A model generated the notes under the pieces. The model made no database searches, was not told the DNA's origin, and saw nothing but the letters and a program-made list of their open reading frames with translations. From Burkholderiales bacterium (GTDB taxonomy: Bacteria; Pseudomonadota; Gammaproteobacteria; Burkholderiales; SG8-39), in contig JADGRQ010000013.1 in assembly GCA_017880775.1 (NCBI GenBank), forward strand, positions 5,368-69,367: a stretch of DNA of 64,000 nt, in the 5' to 3' direction. Position 1 is the first letter of the stretch; each line of letters starts with the position of its first letter. Below, piece by piece: positions 7,744 through 17,996 of the stretch. The translations under genes and the position numbers were made by a program.

Positions 7744-9210
7744 TCAGCCGGCGGCAATTTCGGCTGCGCGCATCAGCGCGCGCGCCTTGTGCAGCGTCTC
7801 CTCATACTCCGCCGCCGGGTCCGAATCGGCAACGATTCCCGCCGCTGCCTGCACATGCAACGTGCCGTCCTTCACCACGCCGGTGCGGATCGCGATGGCG
7901 AGGTCCATGTCGCCGTTGAACCCGAGGTAGCCGAGCGCCCCGCTGTACAGGCCGCGCTTCACCGGCTCCAGCTCGGCGATGATCTCCATCGCGCGCAGCT
8001 TCGGCGCACCCGAAACGGTGCCCGCCGGGAACGTCGCCTTGAGCACGTCGCAGGCGTCGAGCCCGTCTGCGAGCCTGCCTTCACAGTTCGACACGATGTG
8101 CATGACGTGCGAGTAGCGTTCGATCACCATCGTCTCGGTCACTTTCACGCTGCCGGTCTTCGCCACGCGTCCGACGTCGTTCCTGCCCAGATCGATCAAC
8201 ATCACGTGCTCGGCGCGTTCCTTGGGATCGGCCAGCAGTTCGGCGGCCCTCGCCTGGTCCTCGGCATAGGTCTTGCCGCGCGGGCGCGTCCCCGCAATCG
8301 GGCGCAACGTCACGCTGTCACCCTCGAGCCGCACCAGAATCTCGGGCGATGCGCCGACGACGTGATGATCGCCCAGGTCCATGTAGAACATGTACGGCGA
8401 CGGATTGAGGCCGCGCAGCGCGCGATAAAGCGCAAACGGCGGCGCGGCAAAGCGGCGCGAAAAGCGCTGCGAGATCTGGACCTGCATTGCGTCGCCCGCG
8501 AATATGTACTCCTTGGTGCGCAATACCGCGTCGATGAACGCTTCGCGCGTGAAGCTCGAGCGCTCCGGCCCCGGCGCCGGGTAACTGCGTCCCGCGCCAT
8601 GGATCGGCCGGTCGAGCTGGTGTTGCAGCTCGGCCAGGCGCTTGCGCGCAGCGCGCAGCGCGTCGCTATGGCGCGGGTCGGCGTAGACGACGAGGTAAAG
8701 CTTGCCGAGCACGTTGTCCACCACCGCGAGTTCTTCCGAGCGCAGCAACAGCACGTCGGGCAAACCGAGCAGATCAGGCTTCTCGACGTGGGCGAGACGC
8801 TGTTCGATGAATCGCACCGTCTCGTAACCGAAGTATCCGACCAGCCCGCCCGCGAAGCGCGGCAGGCCTTCGAGGGGGGCGGCGCGAAACTGTGCCAGAT
8901 ACTCGCGCACGAACGCGAACGGGTCGGTTTCGGCGACGCGCTCGATCGTTTCCTCGCCGTCGGCGCCGCGCCGCACGATGCGCAGCCGGCTGCCGCGCCC
9001 CTCGATGCGTTCGGAGCACGGCAGGCCGATATACGAGTAGCGGCCGAAGCGCTCGCCGCCGACCACCGACTCGAGCAGGTAGGAGTACGGCCGCTGGGCG
9101 AGCTTCAGGTAAAGCGCCACCGGCGTGTCGAGATCGGCGCGGATCTCGGCCACCACCGGGATGCGGTTGTAGCCCTGGCGGGCCAGTTGCTCGAATTCGA
9201 GCTCAGTCAT
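7744..9210 (-). CDS. trpE: anthranilate synthase component I
   Basis: 488-aa ORF; chorismate-binding family motifs (LESV.GGER.GRYS, GAPK.RAMEII.ELE, RG.Y.GA.GY..F.G.MD..I.IRT). Confidence 0.95.
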   Translation of the reverse strand: MTELEFEQLARQGYNRIPVVAEIRADLDTPVALYLKLAQRPYSYLLESVVGGERFGRYSYIGLPCSERIEGRGSRLRIVRRGADGEETIERVAETDPFAFVREYLAQFRAAPLEGLPRFAGGLVGYFGYETVRFIEQRLAHVEKPDLLGLPDVLLLRSEELAVVDNVLGKLYLVVYADPRHSDALRAARKRLAELQHQLDRPIHGAGRSYPAPGPERSSFTREAFIDAVLRTKEYIFAGDAMQVQISQRFSRRFAAPPFALYRALRGLNPSPYMFYMDLGDHHVVGASPEILVRLEGDSVTLRPIAGTRPRGKTYAEDQARAAELLADPKERAEHVMLIDLGRNDVGRVAKTGSVKVTETMVIERYSHVMHIVSNCEGRLADGLDACDVLKATFPAGTVSGAPKLRAMEIIAELEPVKRGLYSGALGYLGFNGDMDLAIAIRTGVVKDGTLHVQAAAGIVADSDPAAEYEETLHKARALMRAAEIAAG

Positions 9211-9271
9211 GGCCCTCAGTCACGTTCAGCTCGCGGGAAGTTGTGCGGCGTGCAGCAGCGATTCGACTTTA

Positions 9272-9940
9272 TCAAGCAGCGCTGCGCGCAAGCGCCTGCC
9301 GCATCGCTTTGATGGTCGCAGCGTAGTCGCGCGCGCCGAAGATCGCCGATCCGCAGACGAAGGTGTCGGCTCCGGCGCGCGCAATCTCCGCGATGTTCTC
9401 GGTTTTCACCCCGCCATCGACTTCCAGCCAGATGTCACGCCCTGACCGGTCGATGCGCTGGCGCACCGCGCGAACTTTGTCGAGCGCCCCGGGGATGAAT
9501 TTCTGGCCGCCGAAACCGGGATTCACCGACATCACCAGCACCAGATCGAGTTTGTCGAGCGTGTAGTCGAGACAGGCAAGTGGCGTGGCCGGATTGAGGA
9601 CCAATCCGGCCCTGCAACCATGTTCGCGTATCAACCCGAGGGTACGGTCGACGTGCTCGGAGGCCTCCGGGTGGAAGCTGATTATGTCGGCGCCCGCCCT
9701 GGCGAAATCCGGCACGATGCGGTCCACCGGCCTGACCATCAGGTGCACGTCGATCGGCGCCTTCACGTGGGGCCGCAATGCCTCGCACACCAGCGGCCCG
9801 AAGCTGAGGTTGGGCACGTAATGGTTGTCCATCACGTCGAAGTGGATCAGGTCGGCGCCGGCGGCCAGCACCGCGCGCACTTCTTCGCCGAGCCGGGCGA
9901 AATCCGCGGACAGGATGCTCGGCGCGATGCGAAAGGTCAT
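9272..9940 (-). CDS. rpe: ribulose-phosphate 3-epimerase
   Basis: From [21 protein letters not shown] (internal ATG, codon 20 of ORF 9272-9997); [25 protein letters not shown] motifs. Confidence 0.93.
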   Translation of the reverse strand: MTFRIAPSILSADFARLGEEVRAVLAAGADLIHFDVMDNHYVPNLSFGPLVCEALRPHVKAPIDVHLMVRPVDRIVPDFARAGADIISFHPEASEHVDRTLGLIREHGCRAGLVLNPATPLACLDYTLDKLDLVLVMSVNPGFGGQKFIPGALDKVRAVRQRIDRSGRDIWLEVDGGVKTENIAEIARAGADTFVCGSAIFGARDYAATIKAMRQALARSAA

Positions 9941-10025
9941 GGGGTCCCCGTTGCGATTTGCACTTGGCGGGGATTCTAGCGCAGCCCCGCCAGCCAAAAA
10001 TGCGCACCCGATCTAGAATGCGCGC

Positions 10026-10409
10026 ATGGCGCAGGAAAAACGTCACGAGATTTCCGTCAGCGCGGCCACCCGGTACCTGAGGGACCAGTCCGACGAAAGT
10101 GCCGAGCACTTCGTGTTCTCGTATACCATCACGATTCGCAATACCGGCAGCGCTACGGCCCAGTTGATCAGCCGGCACTGGATCATCACCGACGCGCAGG
10201 GGCAGGTGCAGGAGGTGCGCGGGCTGGGCGTGGTCGGCGCGCAGCCGGTGCTGCGGCCGGGCGAGAGCCACCAATACACCAGCGGAACGGCGCTCTCCAC
10301 GCCGGTGGGCACGATGCGCGGCAGCTACCAGATGGTGGCCGAAGACGGAACGCGTTTCGAAGCCACGATCCCCGAGTTCACGCTCTCGGTTCCACGCGTC
10401 CTGCATTGA
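10026..10409 (+). CDS. apaG: ApaG (DUF525) protein
   Basis: 127-aa ORF; FSYTITIRN.G...QL.SRHW.ITDA.G..QEV.G.GVVG.QP.L.PGE...YTSG pattern of ApaG. Confidence 0.9.
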   Translation: MAQEKRHEISVSAATRYLRDQSDESAEHFVFSYTITIRNTGSATAQLISRHWIITDAQGQVQEVRGLGVVGAQPVLRPGESHQYTSGTALSTPVGTMRGSYQMVAEDGTRFEATIPEFTLSVPRVLH

Positions 10410-10508
10410 CTATTCATCGCCGGGTTTGCGGTTTTTAGGCCGAGTCCACCAGACAATCAGGATCAGCAGCCCGAGTGCGACCCCCATTTCGAGAAAAACG
10501 AACCACAT
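10410..10508 (-). CDS. possible 32-aa single-pass membrane peptide
   Basis: C-terminal part of ORF 10410-10676: MWFVFLEMGVALGLLILIVWWTRPKNRKPGDE (hydrophobic helix then basic tail). No homology claim; short and overlapped by the mltA upstream frame. Confidence 0.2.
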   Translation of the reverse strand: MWFVFLEMGVALGLLILIVWWTRPKNRKPGDE

Positions 10509-10521
10509 CGGCGTTGGCCTG

Positions 10522-11769
10522 TTGACCCTGCGAACAAATGCGGCGCGTTGCATTCTACTGTGCGCCTGCCTGGCGCTTGCCGACTGCGCGCCGCTCGCGC
10601 CGGAGCCCGCGCCGCAGGCCGCATGCCCGGTGAGCTGTCCGCCCTGCGCCGCGGAGGCGCCGTGCGCGCCGCTCAAGCCGCCGCCAAGCGCCGCGAACTA
10701 CGAGCTTGCCGACTGGCGCGACCTGCCCGGTTGGAACAACGCGCCACAGTTGCCCGCACTGCGTGCGTTCGCGTCGAGCTGCCGGCGGCTGCAGGCAACG
10801 CGCTGGCGCGCCGCCTGCGACGCCGCAGCCGTCCTGTCGAACGCCGATGAAGCCGATGTGCGAGCATTCTTCGAGGCACGCTTCGCGCCCTACCGCATCG
10901 TCGCCCCGGATGGATTGCGCGACGGGCTCGTCACCGGCTACTACGAGCCGATCCTGCCCGGCAGCCGCGCGGCGACCGGCGCCTATCGCTACCCGGTATA
11001 TGGCGTTCCGGAAGACCTGATCGTGGTCGATCTCGCCAGCCTGCATCCGGAGCTGAAGAACCTGCGCCTGCGCGGGCGCCTCGACGGGCGGCGTGTCGTT
11101 CCGTACTACGAGCGCGCGGAAATCGAGGCGCCGGGCCGGCGCGTCGACGCTGCGGTCATTGCGTGGGTGGCCGATCCGGTCGAGTTGTTCTTCCTGCAGG
11201 TCCAGGGCTCGGGCCAGCTCGAACTGGACTCAGGCGCGCGCATCCGCATCGGCTATGCAGACCAGAACGGGCATCCATATAGATCGCTCGGCAGGTACCT
11301 GATCGATCGCGGCGAGTTGAAGTTCGAGCAGTCGTCGATGCAGGCGATCAAGGCCTGGGCCGAAGCCAATCCTGACAGACTGCGCGCCGCGCTCGACCAC
11401 AACCCGAGCTACGTTTTTTTTCGCGAGTTGCCTGCGCCGGATGCAATCGCGGGCGCGACCGCGGGCACCGCCGATGGCCCGCCCGGCGCGGCGGGTGTCG
11501 CGCTCAGGGCCGAATTCAGCATCGCGGTCGACCCGCGCTACGTTCCGCTGGGATCGCCCGTGTTCCTCGCCACGACCTACCCCTTGAGCCAACGCAAACT
11601 GGAAAAGCTCGTGATCGCGCAGGACACCGGCGGAGCGATCCGCGGCGCCGTACGCGCCGATTTTTTCTGGGGCAGCGGTGCGGAGGCGGGCGCGCAGGCC
11701 GGGCGCATGCGCCAGCGCGGCGCGATGTGGCTGGTGTGGCCGCGCGGCGAGCCGCTGCCCGCGCAGTAG
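10522..11769 (+). CDS. mltA: membrane-bound lytic murein transglycosylase A
   Basis: ORF 10426-11769; MltA/3D-domain pattern (GYYEP.L.GS......YRYP.Y..P.DL; AQDTGGAI.G..R.D.F.G.G). Start uncertain: TTG at 10522 gives (M)TLRTNAARCILLCACLALADC signal/lipobox-like N-terminus. Confidence 0.85.
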   Translation: MTLRTNAARCILLCACLALADCAPLAPEPAPQAACPVSCPPCAAEAPCAPLKPPPSAANYELADWRDLPGWNNAPQLPALRAFASSCRRLQATRWRAACDAAAVLSNADEADVRAFFEARFAPYRIVAPDGLRDGLVTGYYEPILPGSRAATGAYRYPVYGVPEDLIVVDLASLHPELKNLRLRGRLDGRRVVPYYERAEIEAPGRRVDAAVIAWVADPVELFFLQVQGSGQLELDSGARIRIGYADQNGHPYRSLGRYLIDRGELKFEQSSMQAIKAWAEANPDRLRAALDHNPSYVFFRELPAPDAIAGATAGTADGPPGAAGVALRAEFSIAVDPRYVPLGSPVFLATTYPLSQRKLEKLVIAQDTGGAIRGAVRADFFWGSGAEAGAQAGRMRQRGAMWLVWPRGEPLPAQ

Positions 11770-11774
11770 CGGGA

Positions 11775-12506
11775 TTATTTTGCCGCCGCGGTGCGTGAAG
11801 CTTCGTCGAGCGCGGAGCGCAGCACGTCGGCGGACATCCCGCCCTTGTAGCGCACGCCGTTCGCAAGGATCAGCGTCGGGGTGCTTCCGACGTTGAGCGA
11901 GCGGCCGAGGCTGAGCACCTTGTCCACCGGGTTGTCGCAGGTCGCCTTCGCTACCGGCGGTCTGCCGCGCAGCGCGAGGTCGAGCCAGGCTTTCGAGCGG
12001 TCCTCCGAGCACCAGACGCTGCGCGATTGATCCGCGTTCTCCGGCCGGATCACCGGAAACATGAACACGTAGATGGTGACGTCGCTCACCTGCACCAACT
12101 CGCGCTCGAAACTGCGGCAAGCCGGGCAGTACGGGTCGGAGAACATCGCCATCACCCGCTTGCCGTTGCCGCGCTGCACCTTGACCGCGAGATCAAGCGG
12201 CAGTGCCTTGAAGTCAATCGCATTCAGCGTGCGCAGGCGCTCCTCGGTGAGGTCGCGGTCGGTTTTGAGGTCGAAGACGTTGCCGGAGATGAGGTAGGTC
12301 GCCTTCTCATCGGTGTAGATGACGCGAACGCCGTCCGGGGTGCGGAACCGGACCTCGTACCAGCCCGCCATGGGCGCGGGCTGTATGCCCTCCACGCGGG
12401 CACCGTCGAGCTTGGCTTCGATCGTCCTGCGAAGGAGGTTCTCGTCGGCCGCTGCAGCGCCCGTGGCGGCGCACAGCAGGGCAAGCAACATGCAGGTTTT
12501 GCGCAT
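11775..12506 (-). CDS. dsbC: thiol:disulfide interchange protein DsbC/DsbG family
   Basis: 243-aa ORF; signal peptide MRKTCMLLALLCAATGAAAA, thioredoxin-fold CPAC active site (FSDPYCPACR), GTPT cis-Pro loop region. Confidence 0.85.
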   Translation of the reverse strand: MRKTCMLLALLCAATGAAAADENLLRRTIEAKLDGARVEGIQPAPMAGWYEVRFRTPDGVRVIYTDEKATYLISGNVFDLKTDRDLTEERLRTLNAIDFKALPLDLAVKVQRGNGKRVMAMFSDPYCPACRSFERELVQVSDVTIYVFMFPVIRPENADQSRSVWCSEDRSKAWLDLALRGRPPVAKATCDNPVDKVLSLGRSLNVGSTPTLILANGVRYKGGMSADVLRSALDEASRTAAAK

Positions 12507-12518
12507 CGACGCTCCGCT

Positions 12519-13688
12519 TCAGGCCAGCGCGTGGCGCGCCAGGACGTTTCTTAGGACAGGCAGACAGCCGGTGAGGTTCAATCCAAGATTGCGCACGCGG
12601 CGTAAGGGCGCGCTTTCGGCAGCAAACAGTCCAAACAGGCCGTTCACCGTGGCACGCATTGCAAGAACCGCCTCGCGGCGCGAGCGCTCGTAGCGGCGCA
12701 ACAGACGCAGGTCGCCCGCGTCACGCAGCGGCGCGCCCGAGGCGAGCACCGCCGCGAGCTCGCGCGCATCCTGAAACCCGAGATTGGCGCCCTGCCCCGC
12801 AAGCGGGTGGACCACGTGCGCCGCGTCCCCGATCAACGCGATGCGCGGCGCGACCACCCGCGCCGCAACCACGCAGCGCAACGCAAAGGCCTGCGGCGCA
12901 GTGATTGTTTCGAGCGTGCCGAGCTCGCCGCGCGAGGCTTCCGCGACCTCGCGCGCGAGTTGCTCCGGCGTCGCGGCCATCAGTTCCGCCGCACGCGCGT
13001 CCCCCACCGACCAGACCATCGATACTCGATCGCCCGGCAACGGCAGCAACGCGAGCACCGGCCCTGCCTGAAACCACTGGTACGCGACGTTGCCGTGCGC
13101 CCGCCCGCAGGTGAAATTGGCCACCACCGCCGTCTGGCCGTAGCTGCGCTCACTCGCCGCGATGCCGGCTGCACCGCGCACGAACGATCGCGCGCCGTCG
13201 GCGCCAACCACGAGGCGCGCCGAAAGGCGGCGCCCGTCGGCCAGCGCGAGACGCGCGCCATCGGCATCCACGGCCAGGCTCGCGCAGACGGCGCCGGAGC
13301 AGTGCTCGAACTCGTCCTGCGCACCCAGCACGCGCCACAGCGCGTTCTGCAACTCGCGGTCCTCGACGATCCACGCGAGCTCGGGCACACCGGCGTCGTA
13401 CGCATCGAACTCCAGGCGGGCGGCACCGTCGTCGCCACGCACGCGCATCGCGCGCACCGGCGTCTTGCGCGCGGGTGCAATCGCCTGCCAGACTTTGATT
13501 TCCTCGAGAAACGCCACGCTGCCCGGGCTCAGCGCGTAGACCCGCGCATCGAACCCTTCGGGTGCATCCGCTCCGGTGTGCACAGTACGCTGCGCCGGCT
13601 CGACCAGCGCGATACTGCGGCCGCGCGCGGCGCGCGCGAAGCTCGCACCGATCAGCCCGCCGCCGACGACGATGACATCGTGCTCCAT
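12519..13688 (-). CDS. FAD-dependent ubiquinone-biosynthesis hydroxylase (UbiH/UbiF/VisC/COQ6 family)
   Basis: 389-aa ORF; MEHDVIVVGGGLIGASFA dinucleotide fold; LIGDAAHVVHPLAGQGANLGFQDA family motif. Confidence 0.85.
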   Translation of the reverse strand: MEHDVIVVGGGLIGASFARAARGRSIALVEPAQRTVHTGADAPEGFDARVYALSPGSVAFLEEIKVWQAIAPARKTPVRAMRVRGDDGAARLEFDAYDAGVPELAWIVEDRELQNALWRVLGAQDEFEHCSGAVCASLAVDADGARLALADGRRLSARLVVGADGARSFVRGAAGIAASERSYGQTAVVANFTCGRAHGNVAYQWFQAGPVLALLPLPGDRVSMVWSVGDARAAELMAATPEQLAREVAEASRGELGTLETITAPQAFALRCVVAARVVAPRIALIGDAAHVVHPLAGQGANLGFQDARELAAVLASGAPLRDAGDLRLLRRYERSRREAVLAMRATVNGLFGLFAAESAPLRRVRNLGLNLTGCLPVLRNVLARHALA

Positions 13689-13789
13689 CGTCGAATTCTA
13701 GCGCCCGCGCGGCGCACCTTGACCTGCAAGGGCCGAAAAAGCGACAATTCGCCCCCCGCGGCGGTCCGTCCGGCGCGCATGCTCAAAAT

Positions 13790-13866
13790 GGCGAATTAGC
13801 TCAGCTGGTTAGAGCAGCGGAATCATAATCCGTGTGTCCGGGGTTCGAGTCCCTGATTCGCCACCA
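13790..13866 (+). tRNA. tRNA with CAT anticodon (tRNA-Met elongator; lysidine-modified tRNA-Ile2 not excluded)
   Basis: Hand-folded cloverleaf: acceptor GGCGAAT/ATTCGCC, D arm GCTC-AGCTGGTTA-GAGC, anticodon arm GCGGA-AUCAUAA-TCCGT (CAU), T arm CGGGG-TTCGAGT-CCCTG, encoded CCA; 77 nt. First pair is a normal G-C, so not an initiator. Confidence 0.9.
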
Positions 13867-13970
13867 AATTCCTTCGAGCCTCTCGATCGCAAGTCGGCGG
13901 CTTGGATCATGCCAGGCTTGGTTCCCCCGAATGCTAAGATTCGCCTCCAATTGACAAGCTATTTCCCCAG

Positions 13971-14285
13971 ATGAGCCGTGCGCTCGCCCTCGCCGCCCTG
14001 CTGCTCGTCTGCGCGAGCGCGGCGGCCCAAATGCGCTCGATCCCCGGCGATGCGAAGCGCGCAGAGATCCGCCACGTGCAGGACATGATCGTGGATCTCG
14101 GCGGCGCGAGAGTGCGCCTTGCGCCGGGTGCGCTGATCTACGACGCCGAAAACCGCATGATCGTGCCGACCGCGATACCCGAGGGCGCGCTCGCGAGGTA
14201 CCTGCTCAACGCGCAGGGCCAAGTCAGGCGCGTCTGGCTCCTGTCGCCCGCCGAGGCGGCGCAGGGCCGCCGCAATTGGAATTAG
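13971..14285 (+). CDS. small exported hypothetical protein
   Basis: 104-aa ORF; signal peptide [20 protein letters not shown]; host-like GC; overlaps the miaB start by 10 nt. Confidence 0.45.
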   Translation: MSRALALAALLLVCASAAAQMRSIPGDAKRAEIRHVQDMIVDLGGARVRLAPGALIYDAENRMIVPTAIPEGALARYLLNAQGQVRRVWLLSPAEAAQGRRNWN

Positions 14286-15631
14286 GCGCGAAGCGTTTGG
14301 CAGGCAAACTGTACATCAAGACCTTCGGCTGCCAGATGAACGAGTACGACTCGGACAGGATGGCCGACGTGCTGCGCGAAGCCGACGGGCTGGTCCCCGC
14401 CCCCGGGCCTGAGGAGGCTGACGTGATCGTGTTCAATACCTGCTCGGTGCGCGAAAAGGCGCAGGAGAAGGTGTTCGCCGACCTCGGGCGCGTCAAGCAC
14501 CTGAAGCGCGCCAATCCGAACCTGATGATCGCAGTCGGCGGCTGCGTGGCGAGCCAGGAGGGCGCGGCCATCGTCAAGCGCGCGCCTTACGTCGATGTGG
14601 TGTTCGGACCGCAAACCCTGCACCGCCTGCCCGAGCTGCTTGCGCGGCGCCGGGCAACCGGCGCGCCGCAGGTCGATGTGAGCTTCCCGGCGATCGAGAA
14701 GTTCGACCATCTGCCGCCGGCGCGCGTCACGGGCGCGAGCGCCTTCGTTTCGATCATGGAAGGCTGCAGCAAGTACTGCAGCTTCTGCGTGGTTCCCTAC
14801 ACGCGCGGCGCCGAGGTGTCGCGCCCGTTCGACGACGTGATCGCCGAGATCGCGCAACACGCCGCACAGGGGGTGAAAGAGGTGACGCTGCTCGGCCAGA
14901 ACGTCAACGCCTGGCGCGGCACGGGCGACGCAATGGACTTCGCCGAGCTGCTGCTGCACGTCGCGGAGATCGACGCAATCGAGCGCATTCGCTACACCAC
15001 GTCGCATCCGCGCGAGTTCACGCAGCGCTTGATCGATGCCTACGCCCAGACCGCCAAGCTGGTCGGCCACGTGCATCTGCCGGTGCAGTCGGGCTCCGAC
15101 CGCGTGCTCGCGGCGATGAAGCGCGGCTACAGCGCGCTCGAATACCGGTCGATCCTGCGACGCCTGCGCAGAGTCCGGCCCGAGATCAGCATTTCGTCAG
15201 ACTTCATCGTCGGCTTTCCCGGCGAGACCGCCGCCGATTTCGACGCCACGCTGACGCTCGCGCGCGAGTGCGGATTCGACGCTTCGTTCAGTTTCCTCTA
15301 CAGCCCGCGTCCGGGCACGCCGGCGGCCAGCCTGCCCGACGACACCCCGCACGAGGTGAAGCTCGAGCGCCTGCAGCGGCTGCAGGCCGCGCTCGAGGCC
15401 GGCGCGCGCGCCATCAGCGAGCGCATGATCGGGAGCGTGCAGCGCGTGCTGGTCGAGGGCCGCTCTGCGCGAGATGGCGCCGAGCTTGCCGGCCGGACCG
15501 AGAACAACCGCGTGGTCAATTTCCGCGGCGACGCGAATCTCGCGGGCCGCTTCGCCGATGTGCGCATCACCGGGGCGCGATCGCATTCCCTGCGCGGCGA
15601 ACTGCTCGTGCATCAGATCGTCCCTGCCTGA
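14276..15631 (+). CDS. miaB: tRNA-2-methylthio-N6-dimethylallyladenosine synthase
   Basis: 451-aa ORF; [17 protein letters not shown]-terminal cluster, radical-SAM [16 protein letters not shown]-terminal TRAM region. Confidence 0.95.
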   Translation: MELGAKRLAGKLYIKTFGCQMNEYDSDRMADVLREADGLVPAPGPEEADVIVFNTCSVREKAQEKVFADLGRVKHLKRANPNLMIAVGGCVASQEGAAIVKRAPYVDVVFGPQTLHRLPELLARRRATGAPQVDVSFPAIEKFDHLPPARVTGASAFVSIMEGCSKYCSFCVVPYTRGAEVSRPFDDVIAEIAQHAAQGVKEVTLLGQNVNAWRGTGDAMDFAELLLHVAEIDAIERIRYTTSHPREFTQRLIDAYAQTAKLVGHVHLPVQSGSDRVLAAMKRGYSALEYRSILRRLRRVRPEISISSDFIVGFPGETAADFDATLTLARECGFDASFSFLYSPRPGTPAASLPDDTPHEVKLERLQRLQAALEAGARAISERMIGSVQRVLVEGRSARDGAELAGRTENNRVVNFRGDANLAGRFADVRITGARSHSLRGELLVHQIVPA

Positions 15632-15636
15632 CAGCC

Positions 15637-16623
15637 TTGCGCGCGAAGCCCGTCGAAGTCCGCCTCGAGCCGGTCGACAACCAGCGCCTGGCCCGGCTGT
15701 GCGGAGCGCTCGACGCCAATCTGCGCCAGATCGAGTCAGCGCTGGACGTTTCGATCGCACGCCGCGGCGCGCGCTTCGCGGTGCAGGGCGAACCCGCGCA
15801 GGCGAAGCGCGCGGCGCACGCGCTGGAGCATTTCTACGCCAGGGCGGGCGCGGAGTTGTCGGTGGATGACCTGCAGCTCGGGCTCGCCGAACTGCTGCAC
15901 GGCCTGGCACCGAAGCTCCCCCGCGCGCGCGAAGGGACCGATTCTCCGCAGCTGCTGACTCGCCGTCCCGATCTGCACGGCCGCACCGCGCGGCAGGTCA
16001 AATACATCTCCAGCATCCTCGCGCATGACATCACCTTCGCCATCGGCCCGGCCGGCACCGGAAAGACCTATCTCGCGGTCGCCTGCGCGGTCGATGCGCT
16101 CGAGCGCGACAAGGTCAAGCGCATCGTGCTGGTGCGCCCCGCGGTGGAGGCCGGCGAGCGCCTCGGCTTCCTGCCGGGTGATCTTGCGCAGAAGGTGGAT
16201 CCTTACCTGCGCCCGCTGTACGACGCGCTGTATGACCTGATGGGCTTCGACAAGGTCGGCAAGCTGCTCGAGCGCGGCACCATCGAGCTCGCGCCGCTCG
16301 CCTACATGCGCGGGCGCACGCTGAACCATGCGTTCGTGATTCTCGACGAAGCGCAGAACACGACCCCCGAGCAGATGATGATGTTCCTCACACGCATCGG
16401 CTTCGGCGCCAAGGCGGTGGTCACCGGCGACGTGACGCAGATTGACCTCGCGCGCGGGCAGAAGAGCGGGCTGATCGAGGCGCGCGCGATCCTGCGCAGC
16501 GTGCGCGGTATCGCGTTTGCGGAGTTCCATGCCGCGGACGTGGTGCGCCATCCGCTGGTGGCGCGCATCGTCAATGCCTACGAGCGCCACAAGCAGCGCG
16601 CGAACGGCGAAGCCGGCGAATAG
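15637..16623 (+). CDS. ybeZ: PhoH-like ATPase (YbeZ)
   Basis: In ORF 15268-16623; Walker A GPAGTGKTYLAVA, FVILDEAQNTT; proposed TTG start at 15637 (codon 124), 6 nt after the miaB stop; upstream part of the ORF overlaps miaB out of frame and is Arg-rich. Confidence 0.9.
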   Translation: MRAKPVEVRLEPVDNQRLARLCGALDANLRQIESALDVSIARRGARFAVQGEPAQAKRAAHALEHFYARAGAELSVDDLQLGLAELLHGLAPKLPRAREGTDSPQLLTRRPDLHGRTARQVKYISSILAHDITFAIGPAGTGKTYLAVACAVDALERDKVKRIVLVRPAVEAGERLGFLPGDLAQKVDPYLRPLYDALYDLMGFDKVGKLLERGTIELAPLAYMRGRTLNHAFVILDEAQNTTPEQMMMFLTRIGFGAKAVVTGDVTQIDLARGQKSGLIEARAILRSVRGIAFAEFHAADVVRHPLVARIVNAYERHKQRANGEAGE

Positions 16624-16633
16624 CAGCGCCTCG

Positions 16634-17062
16634 GTGGCGGTGCAGTTTGCCTGCGCGAGCCGCGGGCTGCCTTCGGCGGCGCGATTTCGCGCCTGGGCGC
16701 GCAGTGCGGCAGGCGGGCCTGCCACGCTCGTCATCCGCCTGGTGTCGGCCACCGAAGCGCGCGCGCTGAATTCCGCTTACCGCGGCGCGGATCACGCGCC
16801 CAACGTGCTCAGTTTCGGTTACGGCGTTTCGCCGCTGGCTGGCGACGTGGTGCTGTGCCCGCGCGTGCTCGCGCGCGAAGCGCGCGAGCAGGGCAAGTCG
16901 CTCGATGCGCATTTCGCCCATCTCACGGTGCACGGCGTGCTGCATCTGCGCGGTTATCGGCACGCGCGCGCGCGTGAAGCCGCGCGCATGGAGCGCGCCG
17001 AAATCCGCATCCTGCGCGCGTTTGGAATCGCCAACCCGTATCGGGCCGCAGGCCGCGGGTAG
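16634..17062 (+). CDS. ybeY: rRNA maturation endoribonuclease YbeY
   Basis: In ORF 16517-17062; zinc motif HGVLHLRGYRH (H-x3-H-x5-H); GTG starts at 16634 or 16640 just after the ybeZ stop. Confidence 0.88.
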   Translation: MAVQFACASRGLPSAARFRAWARSAAGGPATLVIRLVSATEARALNSAYRGADHAPNVLSFGYGVSPLAGDVVLCPRVLAREAREQGKSLDAHFAHLTVHGVLHLRGYRHARAREAARMERAEIRILRAFGIANPYRAAGRG

Positions 17063-17169
17063 AATGGCAGTTGCATGAGTACTCCTGCGTTAGCCTCCCT
17101 CGGGGGGTGCGGGGGGCGCGGGAAGGCCCCGAATGCATCCGCCGGACGGGGCCCGCGCCTCCCGCTCCC

Positions 17170-17994
17170 GTGAGCGAACCGTCCCCTCCTTCGCTGCTTG
17201 CGCGGCTGTCGTCGCTGCTGCTGCGCGAACCGACGGACCGCGAACAGCTCATCGCACTGCTGCGCTCGGCCTACGCGCGCAATCTCATCGATGCCGACGT
17301 GCTATCGATCGTCGAAGGCGCGGTCGGCGTGTCCGACCTGCAGGTGCGCGACATCATGGTTCCGCGCGCACAGATGGACGCGATCGACATCAGGGAAACG
17401 CCCGCACAGTTCATCCCTTCGGTGATCGCCACCGCGCACTCGCGCTTCCCGGTGTTCGACGGCAACCGCGACGACGTGGTCGGCGTGCTGCTCGCCAAGG
17501 ATCTGCTGCGCTACTACGCCGGCGAGGAGGAATTCAATGTGCGCGAGATGCTGCGGCCGGCGATCTTCGTTCCGGAGTCCAAGCGGCTCAACGTGCTGCT
17601 GCGCGAATTCCGCGCCAGCCGCAACCACATGGCGATCGTGGCGGACGAATACGGCGGCGTGGCGGGACTGGTGACGATCGAGGACGTGCTCGAGCAGATC
17701 GTCGGCGAGATCGAGGACGAATACGACTTCGACGAGGCGAGCGACAACATCCTCGCCGAGTCGAGCGGGCGCTACCGGGTCAAGGCGCTCACGCAGATCG
17801 CCGATTTCAACGCCGCCTTCAACACCCGGTTTTCCGACGAGGAGCACGACACCGTCGCGGGGCTAATCATCGCGCGCCTCGGCCGCCTGCCCAAGCGCGG
17901 CGAGACCATCGTCATCGACGGCCTGAAATTCCACGTGCTGCGCGCCGACGGCCGGCGCGTCTATACGCTGATCGTCGAGAAGCCGAAGGCTTGA
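17170..17994 (+). CDS. corC: HlyC/CorC family transporter-associated protein (CBS pair + CorC_HlyC domain)
   Basis: ORF 17071-17994; CBS-pair region (VRDIMVPR..M....; HMAIVADEYGGVAGLVTIEDVLEQIVGEIEDE) and C-terminal transporter-associated domain; GTG at 17170 preferred, ATG at 17071 possible. Confidence 0.88.
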   Translation: MSEPSPPSLLARLSSLLLREPTDREQLIALLRSAYARNLIDADVLSIVEGAVGVSDLQVRDIMVPRAQMDAIDIRETPAQFIPSVIATAHSRFPVFDGNRDDVVGVLLAKDLLRYYAGEEEFNVREMLRPAIFVPESKRLNVLLREFRASRNHMAIVADEYGGVAGLVTIEDVLEQIVGEIEDEYDFDEASDNILAESSGRYRVKALTQIADFNAAFNTRFSDEEHDTVAGLIIARLGRLPKRGETIVIDGLKFHVLRADGRRVYTLIVEKPKA

Positions 17995-17996
17995 GG

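Noticed and set aside
7789-9312. 507-aa plus-strand ORF antisense to trpE
   Set aside because: Codon-aligned shadow ORF of a GC-rich gene with an Arg/His-rich translation. trpE on the other strand is unambiguous. The same explanation applies to 12807-13799, 14282-15076, 19381-20262, 28960-29967, 31131-32375, 33652-34644, 39208-40323, 40955-41794, 49000-50325, 54107-54925, 54951-56474 and 61523-62500.
13790-13970. tRNA-Met as an integration site for a mobile element
   Set aside because: No integrase, no duplicated tRNA 3' end and no compositional shift downstream. The next genes (small exported protein, miaB operon) are core-like.
17102-17126. G-rich tract GGGGGGTGCGGGGGGCGCGGGAAGG between ybeY and corC as a G-quadruplex
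   Set aside because: Only three usable G3 runs plus a GG. It does not satisfy a four-tract G3+ motif, and it may simply be 5'UTR or coding sequence if corC starts at 17071.
17133-17996. Long N-terminal extensions of true genes in the ORF track (lnt 787 aa; also 15268, 23158, 34119, 34880, 39124, 41752, 48007, 49374, 42989-44530, 47069-48211)
   Set aside because: The extensions overlap the preceding gene in another frame, are Arg-rich, and each true start is marked by the onset of family homology plus a 0-4 nt junction (often ATGA/GTGA) with the upstream stop.
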